DNA from: Calditrichia bacterium
Lineage (GTDB): Bacteria > Calditrichota > Calditrichia > RBG-13-44-9 > J075
DNA: 52,432 nt
NCBI GenBank assembly: GCA_050633245.1
Contig: JBOEGD010000044.1
Location: 1 to 52,432, forward strand
Direction: 5' to 3'
Position numbers and translations under genes: made by a program. This document shows, piece by piece, positions 39,700-52,295 of the stretch (positions within the stretch are counted from its first letter, which is position 1; every line of letters begins with the position of its first letter). Below the pieces are notes generated by a model that was not told the DNA's origin, searched no databases, and saw only the letters and a list, made by a program, of their open reading frames with translations.

Positions 39700-41619
39700 T
39701 TAAACTGCCTTCTTGTCCCATATTTGTCGTTTATTCAAAAAGCCGATTCCCAGAACGACAACAACAGCGGCAATCTCAAATAACGGCTTAACGGCACCTG
39801 GAGGAACAAGAAAAAACACCAACGCAGCACTAACCAAGGCAATACAGTGTGAAATCGGGAGTGGATTAAAAGCGTAGCCTGCGATTCCGGCTGCCAAAGG
39901 GACGATTGCAAAAAGAGCTTTTGCAACGGCGTAGAGTGCTGCTAACCAGGAGAATTCCATTCCCGGTGCTGCCAGCAATAACAGTTCAGGCTGCATAACA
40001 AAGGCATAGGGAAGCGCAAAGCCCACCAGGGCAAAACGAAACGCCGCAAGTCCGGTGCGCATGATCCCGGCTCCGGCAATAGCCGCCGCGGTGTAAGCTG
40101 CAAGTGCAACTGGTGGTGTTACCATAGACATCATACCGAAATAAAAAATAAACAGATGCGCGGCAAGCGGAACAATTCCAAGATCTCCAAGAACCGGGCC
40201 GATTAGCGTTGCCATCAGTAAATAACAAACGGCGGATGGCAGTCCCATCCCTAAAATAATGGTAGATACCATTAACAGCAGAAGCGCCAGAATCAGGTTG
40301 TTTTCTGCCAGTGGAAGAAGTGTACTCGGAAGACGAGCACCTACCCCGGTAAGGGAAACAACGCCGATAACAATCCCTACGCATGCGGCCGCCGCGATGA
40401 GTGCGACACCACCTCGTCCTGCGCGAACCATAGCATCAACAATACCGGATAGGTCCAGCCGGGTATCTTTGCTAAAAAAGCTAAGGACGAGCGTTGTCAG
40501 CATTCCCAGCGTTACCGCTCTGAATGGGGTATAGCCGAGAAGCAAAAATAGCAGCAAAACAGCAAAGGAACCGAAAAATACAACGCCCTGAGCGGTTTTG
40601 GGTGTCGAAAGTTCTTTAGGTGGATCTTCGGTCGATTCTGCACCGATACGCCTGGAGTAGAAGTGAACAATTAGCAGCAGAGCAGCATAATAAAGAATCG
40701 CTGGAATAATGGCTGCGCGAATAATTTCAAGATAGGTAACCGGTGGCTGCACTATTTCCAACATCATGTAGGCGCCCGCACCCATAATTGGAGGGACAAG
40801 CGCGCCGCCGGAGCTGGCTGCGGCCTCGATGCCGCCAGCGACATGTGGTTTGAAGCCGGAGCTGCGCATCATCGGAATTGTAAACGTTCCGGTTGTCGCG
40901 GTATTGGCAACCGCGCTTCCTGAAAGAGAGCCCATGAGTCCACTGCTTAGAACAGCAACCTTGGCAGGCCCACCACTGCTTTTTTGAAACAGTCGACCAG
41001 CCATTCCGATGATATAGCCGGTAGCGCCGGTATTTTCTAATAATGTGCCGAAGAGAACAAACAAAAATACATAGGTAAACATTACGTTAAGTGCGATACC
41101 AAAAACACCCTGACTGTGCAGAAAGGTTTGGCTAACGATGCGTTCCAGATTGTACCCGCGATGTGGGAAAAGCCAGTCGGGCATGTTCTGTCCAAAATAG
41201 GCATAAAGCAAAAATGTCAGTGCAAGAAGAGGTAGCGTTAATCCAATGGCACGCCGCGTTGCCTCCAATACCAGAATGAGTCCAAGAATGCCAACGCGAA
41301 AATCCCAGGCAACCTCAGACCCGGCGCGGTTTCCCAGCGGCTGGCCATTGAGCCAGAATTCACTAAATACGGCTTCGCTTTGAATAAAGATATAACCAAA
41401 GCAAAAGATAATACCGCTGATGAGTGCTGCATCGAGCATCGTACCTGCAGAGTTGTCTTTTAGCCGCGGATGCGCCGGCGTAGAAAGGAAAACAAGAGTC
41501 AGCCCAAGCAATCCGAATATGGCGAGACGTCCTTGTGGTGTCAACATCGGGTAGTTGACTTCTGCTATGATAAAAAGGCAGAGGGCGACAGCAATGTAAG
41601 TATATAGCGTGGTGCGCAA
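39700..41619 (-). CDS. TRAP transporter fused 4TM/12TM permease
   Basis: GGPAKVAV, GSAVANTATTG, SSGGALVPPIMGAGA, ILGMGLP, TPPVALAAY. Confidence 0.93.
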   Translation of the reverse strand: MRTTLYTYIAVALCLFIIAEVNYPMLTPQGRLAIFGLLGLTLVFLSTPAHPRLKDNSAGTMLDAALISGIIFCFGYIFIQSEAVFSEFWLNGQPLGNRAGSEVAWDFRVGILGLILVLEATRRAIGLTLPLLALTFLLYAYFGQNMPDWLFPHRGYNLERIVSQTFLHSQGVFGIALNVMFTYVFLFVLFGTLLENTGATGYIIGMAGRLFQKSSGGPAKVAVLSSGLMGSLSGSAVANTATTGTFTIPMMRSSGFKPHVAGGIEAAASSGGALVPPIMGAGAYMMLEIVQPPVTYLEIIRAAIIPAILYYAALLLIVHFYSRRIGAESTEDPPKELSTPKTAQGVVFFGSFAVLLLFLLLGYTPFRAVTLGMLTTLVLSFFSKDTRLDLSGIVDAMVRAGRGGVALIAAAACVGIVIGVVSLTGVGARLPSTLLPLAENNLILALLLLMVSTIILGMGLPSAVCYLLMATLIGPVLGDLGIVPLAAHLFIFYFGMMSMVTPPVALAAYTAAAIAGAGIMRTGLAAFRFALVGFALPYAFVMQPELLLLAAPGMEFSWLAALYAVAKALFAIVPLAAGIAGYAFNPLPISHCIALVSAALVFFLVPPGAVKPLFEIAAVVVVLGIGFLNKRQIWDKKAV

Positions 41620-41713
41620 AGTTGTTCTCTTTATGTTGAGCAGTCGGGTTGTTGAGGCGCTGAGCGATAAAGACGCAATACAATCGCTTCTTTACCTAAG
41701 TCTTTAGGTTCTG

Positions 41714-42700
41714 TTACTCTGTCCAGAAGCCTGCCTCTTTATAGAACTTTATCGCTCCGGGGTGAAAGGGGATTCCGGTATTGCGTACGATATTTTTTTG
41801 ATTAATTGCTTTGCCAGCCGGATGCGCTTTTACAACTTCGGCGCGGTTTTGATAGAGTGCTTTGGTGAATTCATAAACCAATTCTTCGCTAACGCTGGCC
41901 GAGGAAATCAGCTGCATGGCACCTACGTTAAGACCTTCGTATGTTTCCTCTTGTCCGCGATAGGTATTTGCTTTTATGCTCGCCAATCCAAAAAAGGGAT
42001 ACTCTTTAACCAGCTGTTGACGTGCTTTTTCATCAAGTGGAATTAGCAGGATATCCTGAGTAGCGGATGCCTGCATAATGGACGGAGTAGGAACGCCACC
42101 ACCAAGAAATGCAGCATCTGCAGAGCCATCAGCGAGCATGTCTACCGCTCCGGTTTGCGTATTGTTCAACTGGGTAAAGTCGTCATAAGTAACGCCGTGT
42201 GCGGCCAGTAGTGGCTGGATGAAATACTCAAACCCTGCTCCGGCCGGGCCCACAACCACACGCTTGCCTTTGAGATCGGCAAGAGATGTAATTCCAGATG
42301 AACGCGTTGTAACAAACATGGCAATGTTTGGTGCCAATGTCATAACCGAGCGAGTGGAGTATTTCTTCTCCCATGCACCCTCACCACGAGTCGCAAAGTA
42401 GGTGATTGCTGCGTTTCCCAAAGCAAAATCCAGTTCACTATTTTCAAGTCGTCGAATATTTTCCTGCGTGCCTTTGGTCGCCTCGGAGGAAACTTGCCAA
42501 TTGCTGGCGCTTTTCACATCGTTTACGACCTGCGCAATTGCACCACCCACCACGTTGAAAGTGCCACCTTGAGGGGCTGTGCCGACGCTTAGAAATTGTC
42601 TCTTTGCCGTTGGCTCTCCTTCGGAACCACTACAGGATGCCAATATGAGAAGAAAGGTGATTGCCATCAGAATCGCTATAGATTTTTGAAAGGTACGCAT
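41714..42700 (-). CDS. TAXI-family TRAP solute-binding lipoprotein
   Basis: Lipobox LASC; GTAPQGGTF, ATKGTQEN, IPFHPGAIKFY. Confidence 0.93.
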   Translation of the reverse strand: MRTFQKSIAILMAITFLLILASCSGSEGEPTAKRQFLSVGTAPQGGTFNVVGGAIAQVVNDVKSASNWQVSSEATKGTQENIRRLENSELDFALGNAAITYFATRGEGAWEKKYSTRSVMTLAPNIAMFVTTRSSGITSLADLKGKRVVVGPAGAGFEYFIQPLLAAHGVTYDDFTQLNNTQTGAVDMLADGSADAAFLGGGVPTPSIMQASATQDILLIPLDEKARQQLVKEYPFFGLASIKANTYRGQEETYEGLNVGAMQLISSASVSEELVYEFTKALYQNRAEVVKAHPAGKAINQKNIVRNTGIPFHPGAIKFYKEAGFWTE

Positions 42701-42848
42701 GAAATCTCCTACTGTTTTATCCGTTGTCTACGAAACAAACGGATTTGTGTTGCGTTGCCGGTTGGAATCGCATTAAAAGTAGCCTAAAAAGACCGTTAAT
42801 GCAATAGAGTAGAAGACTGATTACGTGATAGAGCCCGATCGTTTTTCC

Positions 42849-42893
42849 TTGACAAACTCAATCACAAATGGTATTATGTAAGCACTAACATAA
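42849..42893 (+). promoter_or_regulatory. Sigma70 promoter with overlapping palindromic operator
   Basis: TTGACA-N17-TATTAT with extended TG; inverted repeat TTATGTaAG-ca-CTaACATAA (42874-42893). Confidence 0.7.
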
Positions 42894-42907
42894 ATACGGG
42901 CGACTGC

Positions 42908-43393
42908 ATGGGATTTTATCAAAACGTTGGTGTGCTGGTTCTTGGAACGCGCTTAAAACGACTTAGCGATCGCTTTCTCTCCGAAATAACCGTCGTTTAT
43001 AAAAAACTGGGTATTCAGTTTGAGCCCAGTTGGTTTCCCATAATGTATCTGCTACGCGAGCATGATGAGCTGCTGATCACTGAAATTGCCGCTGAGCTGG
43101 AAATTACGCATTCTGCCGTTAGTCAGCTGGTGGCCGTTTTACAGAAAAAGAAAATCATCAATACTATTCCCGATCAAAGTGATCGGCGCAAGCGAATTGT
43201 TCGGCTCTCTGAAGCCGGTGAAGAAATGCTTAATTCTCTTTCAGGGGTTTGGGATGCTATGGAATACTCGCTCAATGAACTATTCGAATCTGGCGCTCAT
43301 TTGCCAAAGCTGTTGCCAGGGCTCGCTGAACTGGAGAATGAGCTCGAGCAGACTCCACTAAGCAAAGAAATACTAAAAAAGCTGAATAAGTAG
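42908..43393 (+). CDS. MarR-family transcriptional regulator
   Basis: LGTRLKRLS, ITEIAAELEITHSAVSQ HTH, DRRKRIVRLS. Confidence 0.9.
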   Translation: MGFYQNVGVLVLGTRLKRLSDRFLSEITVVYKKLGIQFEPSWFPIMYLLREHDELLITEIAAELEITHSAVSQLVAVLQKKKIINTIPDQSDRRKRIVRLSEAGEEMLNSLSGVWDAMEYSLNELFESGAHLPKLLPGLAELENELEQTPLSKEILKKLNK

Positions 43394-43448
43394 TTTGGGA
43401 AAACGCTCCCAATCGATCAAGATAATGTCTCATCAATGAGGGCTTCGA

Positions 43449-45000
<1,552 letters not shown>

Positions 45001-45023
<23 letters not shown>

Positions 45024-46671
45024 GCGTTACGCGAATCACCCGCACTATGAGGCCCCAACCGGCAGCACGCTGAATGCTAAAAATTGGCAGAGTGAATCTG
45101 CTCTGCGCATGTTTTTGAACAATCTGAATGCAGAAGTTGCAGAAGATCCGTCCGAGCTGGTGGTATATGGTGGAACCGGTCAGGCTGCGCGTAATGTTGA
45201 CGCGGCACAGGCGATTATTAGACATTTACTTGAACTGTCTGATGATGAGAGTTTGCTGGTTCAGTCGGGCAAGCCGGTGGGTGTGGTGCGAACACATTCC
45301 GAGGCGCCAAGAGTCTTAATTGCCAACAGTAACCTGGTTCCTGAATGGGCAAACTGGGAACATTTCAACGATTTAAAAGAACGCGGTTTAATGATGTACG
45401 GTCAAATGACCGCCGGAAGCTGGATTTATATTGGTACGCAGGGTATTCTTCAAGGCACGTACGAAACGTTTGTTTCCTGTGGCGAAAAACATTTCAATGG
45501 TGATCTGCGAGGCCGTCTGCTTGTTACCGGTGGACTGGGGGGGATGGGCGGTGCTCAACCGCTTGCCGCAACAATGGCTGGCGCAACGTTTTTGGGCGTT
45601 GATATCGATCCTGCTCGCATTCAAAAGCGTATTGATACGCGCTACATCGACAAAATGACCGATTCGTATGATGAAGCCATCGAATGGGTCATGAAGGCAA
45701 AGGCAAACAAGGAAAACCTGTCTGTCGGGTTGGTCGGCGATATTGGAGATGTGTTAGAGCGAATGCTTGAGGATGATATTATTCCGGACATTTTAACTGA
45801 CCAAACATCTGCGCACGACCCAATTTACGGTTATGTGCCAAATGGTATGACGCTGACGCAAGCCGAAGCTCTGCGCAAAAGCGACCCGAAATTTTACAAA
45901 TCTCATTCTCTGAAAAGCATGGCGCGCCACGTTGGATTTATGCTGCAGATGATGAAGCGTGGTAGCAAAACGTTTGATTACGGAAACAACTTACGCGAAT
46001 TTGCGCGTCAGGGTGGTGAATCAAATGCCTTCGATTATCCCGGTTTTGTGCCCGCTTATATTCGTCCACTCTTCTGTGAGGGAAAGGGGCCGTTCCGCTG
46101 GGCCGCTCTTTCCGGTGATCCCGAAGATATTTATGCAACGGATAAAGCCTTGATCGAAGCCTTTCCGGAAAATCATCACATGATTAATTGGCTCACTGAA
46201 GCAAAAAAGAAAGTCGCTTTTCAAGGACTTCCCTGTCGTATTTGCTGGCTGGGATTGGGTGAACGCGAAAAAGCTGGCGTAATATTTAATAACCTCGTTC
46301 GCGATGGAAAGGTAAAAGCGCCAATTGTTATTGGTCGTGATCATCTGGATTGTGGCTCGGTAGCATCTCCTTATCGTGAAACCGAAGCGATGAAAGATGG
46401 TAGTGATGCGGTCTCTGACTGGCCGCTGCTCAACCTGATGGCCAATACCGGTGGCGGCGCAACCTGGGTATCCTTTCATCACGGTGGTGGAGTCGGCATG
46501 GGATTTTCGCAACATGCCGGGATGGTCATTTTAGCCGATGGAACCGATCGTGCCGAACGTTGTATTCGCCGCGTGCTTCACAATGATCCGGCACTCGGCG
46601 TCTATCGTCATGCCGACGCGGGTTATGAAATTGCAGAAGAAGTCGCTACAAAAAATGCGTTGAAGCGATGA
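45001..46671 (+). CDS. hutU: Urocanate hydratase
   Basis: [45 protein letters not shown]. Confidence 0.98.
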
Positions 46672-47924
46672 AGAATTCAAAATTAAAACTTATCGGCCCG
46701 TTTGCTCAACTTCTTCCTCTGGCCGGGCTGCCGTTAAAAGGCACTCTTGCAGATGAGCAGCTCGATGTCATTTCAAACGCCGGTGTAGTTGTTACAGGAG
46801 GTACGATTCAGGGGGTTGGCGATTTTGAAGATTTATATAGTGTTGCTGACGAAGAGAGATACATAATTGAAAAGCTCGATAACCCCGGCGTTGCCTTGCC
46901 GGGGTTTGTTGATTGCCATACCCACATTTGCTGGGGCGGTAATCGCGCACGGGACTATGCCATGCGTGTTGCCGGAAAGTCTTATCTTGACATCGCTAAG
47001 GCTGGCGGTGGAATTTTGGATTCCGTTGCTAAAACTCGTGCTTCCTCTCTTGAGGAATTGGTAAACTCAATGAGTGTGCGAGCCGCGAGACATTTTGCCG
47101 AAGGCGTAACGACCTGCGAGGTGAAAAGCGGTTATGGACTGAGTGTCGATGAGGAGTTGAAAATGCTACGCGCGATTCAAACCGCCAATAACGACTCGTC
47201 AGCTGATTTAGTTGCGACCTGTCTGGCAGCTCATATGCCTCCGGCAGAATATAAGAAGAATCCATCGGCATATCTTGAGATACTTCTTACGGAATTGCTG
47301 CCAAAAATAAAGGCCGCTGGACTTTCAGATCGCGTAGATATTTTTGTCGAGGAAAGCGCGTTTAATAATGAACAGGCACGTAACTATTTGACTCGTGCTC
47401 GCCAAATGGGATTTTCTCTGGTTATGCATGTCGACCAATTTACTGCGGGAGGCAGTCTGCTGGCTTGTGAACTGGAAGCTGTGAGTGCTGATCATCTCGA
47501 AGCGAGTACCGATCGTGAAATTGCCGCATTAGCATCATCCAAAGTAATTGCTGTCGCCTTGCCAGGTGCTTCGCTTGGACTGGGCTGTGCTTATACCCCC
47601 GCGCGAAAGCTTCTCGATGGTGGCGCTGCGCTGGCAATCGCGACTGACTGGAATCCCGGCTCGGCGCCAATGGGCGATTTGCTGATGCAGGCTGCTGTTC
47701 TTGGTGCACATGAAAAGCTTACTACTGCGGAAACGTTTGCCGGCATTACATTTCGTGCCGCCGCCGCGCTGGAGCTTTCAGATCGCGGCAGTTTGGCTGC
47801 AGGAAAACTTGCCGATATTGTGGTTTTCCCCACGGATGACCATCGCGATATTTTGTATCATCAAGGAAAAATGAAGCCTGTGTATATCTGGAAAAACGGA
47901 ATTAGAAAGGGACAGAATGTATAG
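46668..47924 (+). CDS. hutI: Imidazolonepropionase
   Basis: [31 protein letters not shown]. Confidence 0.97.
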   Translation: MKNSKLKLIGPFAQLLPLAGLPLKGTLADEQLDVISNAGVVVTGGTIQGVGDFEDLYSVADEERYIIEKLDNPGVALPGFVDCHTHICWGGNRARDYAMRVAGKSYLDIAKAGGGILDSVAKTRASSLEELVNSMSVRAARHFAEGVTTCEVKSGYGLSVDEELKMLRAIQTANNDSSADLVATCLAAHMPPAEYKKNPSAYLEILLTELLPKIKAAGLSDRVDIFVEESAFNNEQARNYLTRARQMGFSLVMHVDQFTAGGSLLACELEAVSADHLEASTDREIAALASSKVIAVALPGASLGLGCAYTPARKLLDGGAALAIATDWNPGSAPMGDLLMQAAVLGAHEKLTTAETFAGITFRAAAALELSDRGSLAAGKLADIVVFPTDDHRDILYHQGKMKPVYIWKNGIRKGQNV

Positions 47925-48879
47925 ACCACCACTCGCATTCATGTGGAACGGCCGCAAGGGACTTGCAGAAAACACCTGTCTGTTTCAACGTATCGAATTG
48001 CTGGATTTAGATGAGGATGCATTTCCGGTTTTGGATGCCGGACAAAAAGGTATCGCCTTTCTTGGGTTCGCCAGTGATGAAGGTGTGCGGCGAAATCAGG
48101 GGCGTGTGGGTGCAGCCAATGGCCCCGAAGCATTGCGAAAAGCACTGTCTGGAATGTCCGGTAGAATAAATGAAAATGTGGTTTTTGTAGACTGTGGTGA
48201 TATCGCCTGTAGCGATTCTGACCTGCAAGCTGCACAGGAAGAGCTTGGTGCAATGGTTGCGCGCATTCTTGCTGCAAACTTTCATCCGATATTGCTGGGC
48301 GGCGGACATAGTATTGCATATGGTCATTATCTGGGAATAGAAAAACAGACTGAGAACAAGAAGCTGGGCATTATCAATATAGATGCCCATTTTGATTTGC
48401 GGCCATATAAATATGAACCGAACTCCGGTACGCCATTTTTGCAAATTGCTGACCGCCGAAAGGCCGCCAATAAAAAATTTTCCTACATGTGTATCGGAAT
48501 TCAGGAACATGCCAATTCGCGCGATCTTTTTGAAACAGCTGCTCGATTAAGAGTCGATACCGTTTTGGGTGATGATGTGAACCGAGAGAATCTTTCCGAC
48601 CTAAAACACCAGCTGGAAGATTTCCTGGCAGACTATGAGGCGATTTATCTTACTATCTGTCTGGATGTATTTGCTGCTCCATTTGCGCCGGGGGTTTCTG
48701 CTCCAGCCCATATTGGAATTGAACCGGCAGTTGCGGCACTGATTATCGACTGTATTGCCAATAGTGGAAAAAGTGTCAGCTTTGATGTTGCAGAAATGAA
48801 CCCGGAATATGATATTGACAATCGCACTGCTCGTATGGCGGCTGCATTAATTTATCGGATGATTCGCGGAATAGTATGA
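47917..48879 (+). CDS. hutG: Formimidoylglutamase (arginase family)
   Basis: DEGVRRNQGR, GGGHSIAY, DAHFDLR, APGVSAP, AEMNP. Confidence 0.95.
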   Translation: MYRPPLAFMWNGRKGLAENTCLFQRIELLDLDEDAFPVLDAGQKGIAFLGFASDEGVRRNQGRVGAANGPEALRKALSGMSGRINENVVFVDCGDIACSDSDLQAAQEELGAMVARILAANFHPILLGGGHSIAYGHYLGIEKQTENKKLGIINIDAHFDLRPYKYEPNSGTPFLQIADRRKAANKKFSYMCIGIQEHANSRDLFETAARLRVDTVLGDDVNRENLSDLKHQLEDFLADYEAIYLTICLDVFAAPFAPGVSAPAHIGIEPAVAALIIDCIANSGKSVSFDVAEMNPEYDIDNRTARMAAALIYRMIRGIV

Positions 48880-48892
48880 AAGAGGAGCAATA

Positions 48893-49474
48893 ATGAATAT
48901 AGAAAACTTAACCTGGGAAGACGCGCTACAGCGTTTGAAATCCGGGAATCAGCGCTTTATTAATGAAAAGAATGAGCACCAAAATGAAGGAGCAGCTCGT
49001 CGCGGGGAATTAACAGGAGGTCAGAAACCATACGCTATTATTCTTGGCTGTGCAGATTCGCGAGTTGTGCCTGAATTGGTTTTCGATACCGGTTTAGGGG
49101 AATTGTTTACGATTCGTGTCGCGGGAAATGTGGCAAATGCGTCCACTTTGGCTAGCATTGAATATGCGGTTGCACATCTTGGTACCAATCTGATTATTGT
49201 GTTGGGACATGAAAGCTGCGGGGCTGTGCAGGCTGCCTTGGCTGGCGGCGATTTGGGCTACAATCTCAATCACCTTTTATCGCACTTGCAGCCAGCTGTA
49301 GAATCATGTGATGATAGCTCGACGAATGCGGTTGTGCGCGAGAATGCTCGTCTAACAGCTGAAGCGATTGTTGAACGTTCACCACTTATTCAGGATGAAA
49401 AAAGCCGACGTGAACTGAAGATTTTACCAGCTTTTTATCACTTGAAAAGTGGTGAAGTTGAGTTTTTAGGCTGA
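48893..49474 (+). CDS. Beta-class carbonic anhydrase
   Basis: GCADSRV, RVAGN, GHESCGAV. Confidence 0.95.
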   Translation: MNIENLTWEDALQRLKSGNQRFINEKNEHQNEGAARRGELTGGQKPYAIILGCADSRVVPELVFDTGLGELFTIRVAGNVANASTLASIEYAVAHLGTNLIIVLGHESCGAVQAALAGGDLGYNLNHLLSHLQPAVESCDDSSTNAVVRENARLTAEAIVERSPLIQDEKSRRELKILPAFYHLKSGEVEFLG

Positions 49475-49492
49475 GCATTTGCCTTTTACCTC

Positions 49493-50335
49493 TTACCGAG
49501 GTGATGCGCTAATCTGAATACCAAATGTCAAAATATAACTTGCTATTTCTGAATAACTTTCATTGAGAGGTTTTCTAAAGCTTAGGTAAGGTTCAAAATA
49601 ATTGAGCTTTACATCAACCTTTGCGCCGACGGTGTGGAAGTATAAATCTGAAAAATCTCCATCTTCAGTGATCAGCCAGCGCGAGTTGTAAATGATACCG
49701 AATCTTAGTTGTCGATTGTCTATTCCTGCCTGAAAACCATTAATGAAATGAAATGAAGCGTCCTCTGTAAAAGAAGAGTTTTCTCTGGAAACGAGGAAAA
49801 TGAGCGAGCCACCGCTACGAAAGTTGAAAAAAGCACCGTTTTTTCTGTTGATAAAGCGATTGTTTATAAAAAACTGGAACGGTAATACTTTTGGAGCAAA
49901 TCCTTCAAGTCGATCAATGTAATCTGCAAAAGCTGCGATGCTGTGAATGAGGCTGAAGTCCTCCCTGTCGAAGACAGGAATGCGGGTGCCAAACTCTACA
50001 AAAACACGGCGATTTGGATTACCAAATTGCACGCCCACATAAGGATTACCTATCTTTGTTCCTGTTTCAGCCACCCGAAATCCTTCTTCGGGTAATCCAA
50101 GATTTGCAACAGGTAATTCAGCAACAAACATCAGTCTTGGGTTCATTTTAACATGGAGCCCAAAGTGATGTGCACCTGTGAAAAGACTCGCTCCATCATC
50201 ACCGCCAAAGTCGATACTTGGCCTAATAAATTCATAACTGAAGAAGCCTTTGTCGTTGTTGGTAGAAAAAGAAGATTGGGCAAAAATGGGTTGGAATATC
50301 AAGCAAATTAGTGTGATGAGAATAATCGATTTCAT
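49493..50335 (-). CDS. Putative outer-membrane beta-barrel protein, paralog 1
   Basis: Signal peptide, amphipathic beta-strand pattern, motifs shared with both neighbours. Confidence 0.7.
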   Translation of the reverse strand: MKSIILITLICLIFQPIFAQSSFSTNNDKGFFSYEFIRPSIDFGGDDGASLFTGAHHFGLHVKMNPRLMFVAELPVANLGLPEEGFRVAETGTKIGNPYVGVQFGNPNRRVFVEFGTRIPVFDREDFSLIHSIAAFADYIDRLEGFAPKVLPFQFFINNRFINRKNGAFFNFRSGGSLIFLVSRENSSFTEDASFHFINGFQAGIDNRQLRFGIIYNSRWLITEDGDFSDLYFHTVGAKVDVKLNYFEPYLSFRKPLNESYSEIASYILTFGIQISASPR

Positions 50336-50359
50336 TTAATTCCCTCAGATTTTCAATTG

Positions 50360-50430
50360 CCAGACTGGAGCATTGTCAGAATGGAGCAGTCTGGGATTAT
50401 CTCCAAACATGTTCTCCTTACTATCTATTA
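50360..50430. repeat. TGGAGCA palindromic repeat element, copy 4
   Basis: CCAGACTG-GAG-CATT-GTCAG-AATG-GAG-CAGTCTGG (50360-50394) plus flank similar to copy 3. Confidence 0.9.
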
Positions 50431-50477
50431 GAAAAAACCGCGAAAATTTTGAATATTTTCTGAAAAAATTAGAATGA

Positions 50478-51332
50478 CTACCGAAGAGAGCTTTTTGATT
50501 GGGTAATACGGAGCCCGATACTGAAGATCGTATTCGACAACTTAGAGTAATCTTTATTTAAGGGCTTTTTAAAAATGATGAAGGGTTCATAGAGGCTAAA
50601 CTTCAGACTCCCGCGAAACCCCGCAAGATGGTACAGCTCATTTCCACCAAATCCAATATTCTCGCTTAGTAAAAACCGCGAACTATAGCCAATATTAAAG
50701 CGAATATTCTCATTTTCAATCCCGGCTTGAAGAGCTGTTAGAATATGAACTTGGGTTCCATCACCTGTTGTAGCCTCACCTGACTCTGCCAGATTAAACA
50801 GTACCGATGGTCCGATCCTTAGATGTATGAATTGCCCTGAAGCATTTGAGAAAACACGATTTCCTAATATCTTTACTGGAAGTGTGTTTGGAGCAAAAGA
50901 CTCGAATCGTTCCGTAAAGTCTGAGCTGAGTCCGATAAGATGACTGAGCTCGCTTGAATTGACCAGTGGGATATGGCTGCCAATTTCCAGTGCGAAAGGA
51001 AAATCAGGCCTCTTCAGCTGAAGTCCAATATATGGATTTCCTTCCTGTGTTGTTGCTATGTCGCCTATTCTATCTGAGGAGATGCTCAAATGTGCAAGTG
51101 GCATTTCACCAACAATGGTGAGCTTAGGTGTAACAATGGCATTAAACCCTAAATAATGCGTCCCTAGAAACAGATTATTGGATATTCCGTCTTCGAAATC
51201 AATAGCAGGTTTTGAAAACTCATACGTAAATGCTGATTTACTTTGATTATAACCAAAAGAGGTTTGTGTAAAAGCTGCTTGCAAGAGGAATATACTCGCC
51301 AAAACCAGTGCCTTGCTTAAAAATGAGATCAA
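50478..51332 (-). CDS. Putative outer-membrane beta-barrel protein, paralog 2
   Basis: TTG start with AAGGAAGG RBS; YEFSKPAIDF, GNPYIGLQ, KKPLNKDYS. Confidence 0.7.
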   Translation of the reverse strand: MISFLSKALVLASIFLLQAAFTQTSFGYNQSKSAFTYEFSKPAIDFEDGISNNLFLGTHYLGFNAIVTPKLTIVGEMPLAHLSISSDRIGDIATTQEGNPYIGLQLKRPDFPFALEIGSHIPLVNSSELSHLIGLSSDFTERFESFAPNTLPVKILGNRVFSNASGQFIHLRIGPSVLFNLAESGEATTGDGTQVHILTALQAGIENENIRFNIGYSSRFLLSENIGFGGNELYHLAGFRGSLKFSLYEPFIIFKKPLNKDYSKLSNTIFSIGLRITQSKSSLR

Positions 51333-51396
51333 GAGATACCTTCCTTTACGAACCAGGTTAGCTGTTTTTTAGTTGAATTAGCGATGTGTAGATTCC

Positions 51397-52275
51397 TTAG
51401 CGTCTGGACTGGGTTAAGCGAAAGCCAAGACTGAAAATTGTGTTAACAAAATCTGAGTAATCTTCATTCAAAGGCTTTCTGATCCCGATAAATGGGCTGA
51501 TGGTGGGATAGTTGAGCTGTAGCTGCGCGCCGACAAGGTGAAAAAATTGATTGGAAGGATCATTTTTATCTTGGGTTATAAACCAGCGACTGTTATAAGA
51601 AATTCCAACTTTAGTTCGCTTGTTTTCAATACCGGCAGTTACACCATTTATTAAATGAAACTGAGTTCCCTCTCCTACAGACTGCTCATCCTCGCCTGCA
51701 AGATCAATGAAGGCTGTCGCACCGCTACCGATGTGCAGGAATCCGCCATTTCGGCGATTCTTTAAACGTGTATTTATCATAACTCTTAATGGAAAAGCGT
51801 TTGGTGCAAAAGCCTCAAATCTGTCGATGATATCAGAGAAAAGACCAATTGCATGTCCAACCTCAACTTCATCGATAATCGGAATACGAGCCCCGAACTC
51901 AACTAATGTTGGCTGTCGGATGCCGCCCAGTTGTAACCCTACATATGGATTTCCCACCTTTGTCTCTGAAAAATCCTCATTTGAACCTTCTGCACTAAAC
52001 TTGGCATGACCGATAGGGAGTTCTCCGACAAACATGGTTGTGCGATTAATTCTGAGATGCACGTTGACAAAATGTGCTGTTGAAAACAATCCACTATTGA
52101 TTTCCGAGGCAGAATCGTTTAAGTCTAAGAATGTGTTGAAATCTATTGCGGGGCGCAAGAATTCGTAGTTTAGTGCGGCTCTTCTATTGTCCGCGTGAAA
52201 CAAGCTTTGCGCAGTGGCAGCCTGTATCAGGAAAGAACCTATTAACAGGAATGTAAATCGCAGATTAATTTTCAT
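51397..52275 (-). CDS. Putative outer-membrane beta-barrel protein, paralog 3
   Basis: GGAGGA RBS before MKINLRF; YEFLRPAIDF, GNPYVGLQ, RKPLNEDYS. Confidence 0.72.
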   Translation of the reverse strand: MKINLRFTFLLIGSFLIQAATAQSLFHADNRRAALNYEFLRPAIDFNTFLDLNDSASEINSGLFSTAHFVNVHLRINRTTMFVGELPIGHAKFSAEGSNEDFSETKVGNPYVGLQLGGIRQPTLVEFGARIPIIDEVEVGHAIGLFSDIIDRFEAFAPNAFPLRVMINTRLKNRRNGGFLHIGSGATAFIDLAGEDEQSVGEGTQFHLINGVTAGIENKRTKVGISYNSRWFITQDKNDPSNQFFHLVGAQLQLNYPTISPFIGIRKPLNEDYSDFVNTIFSLGFRLTQSRR

Positions 52276-52295
52276 AAAATCTTCCTCCGATTTTG

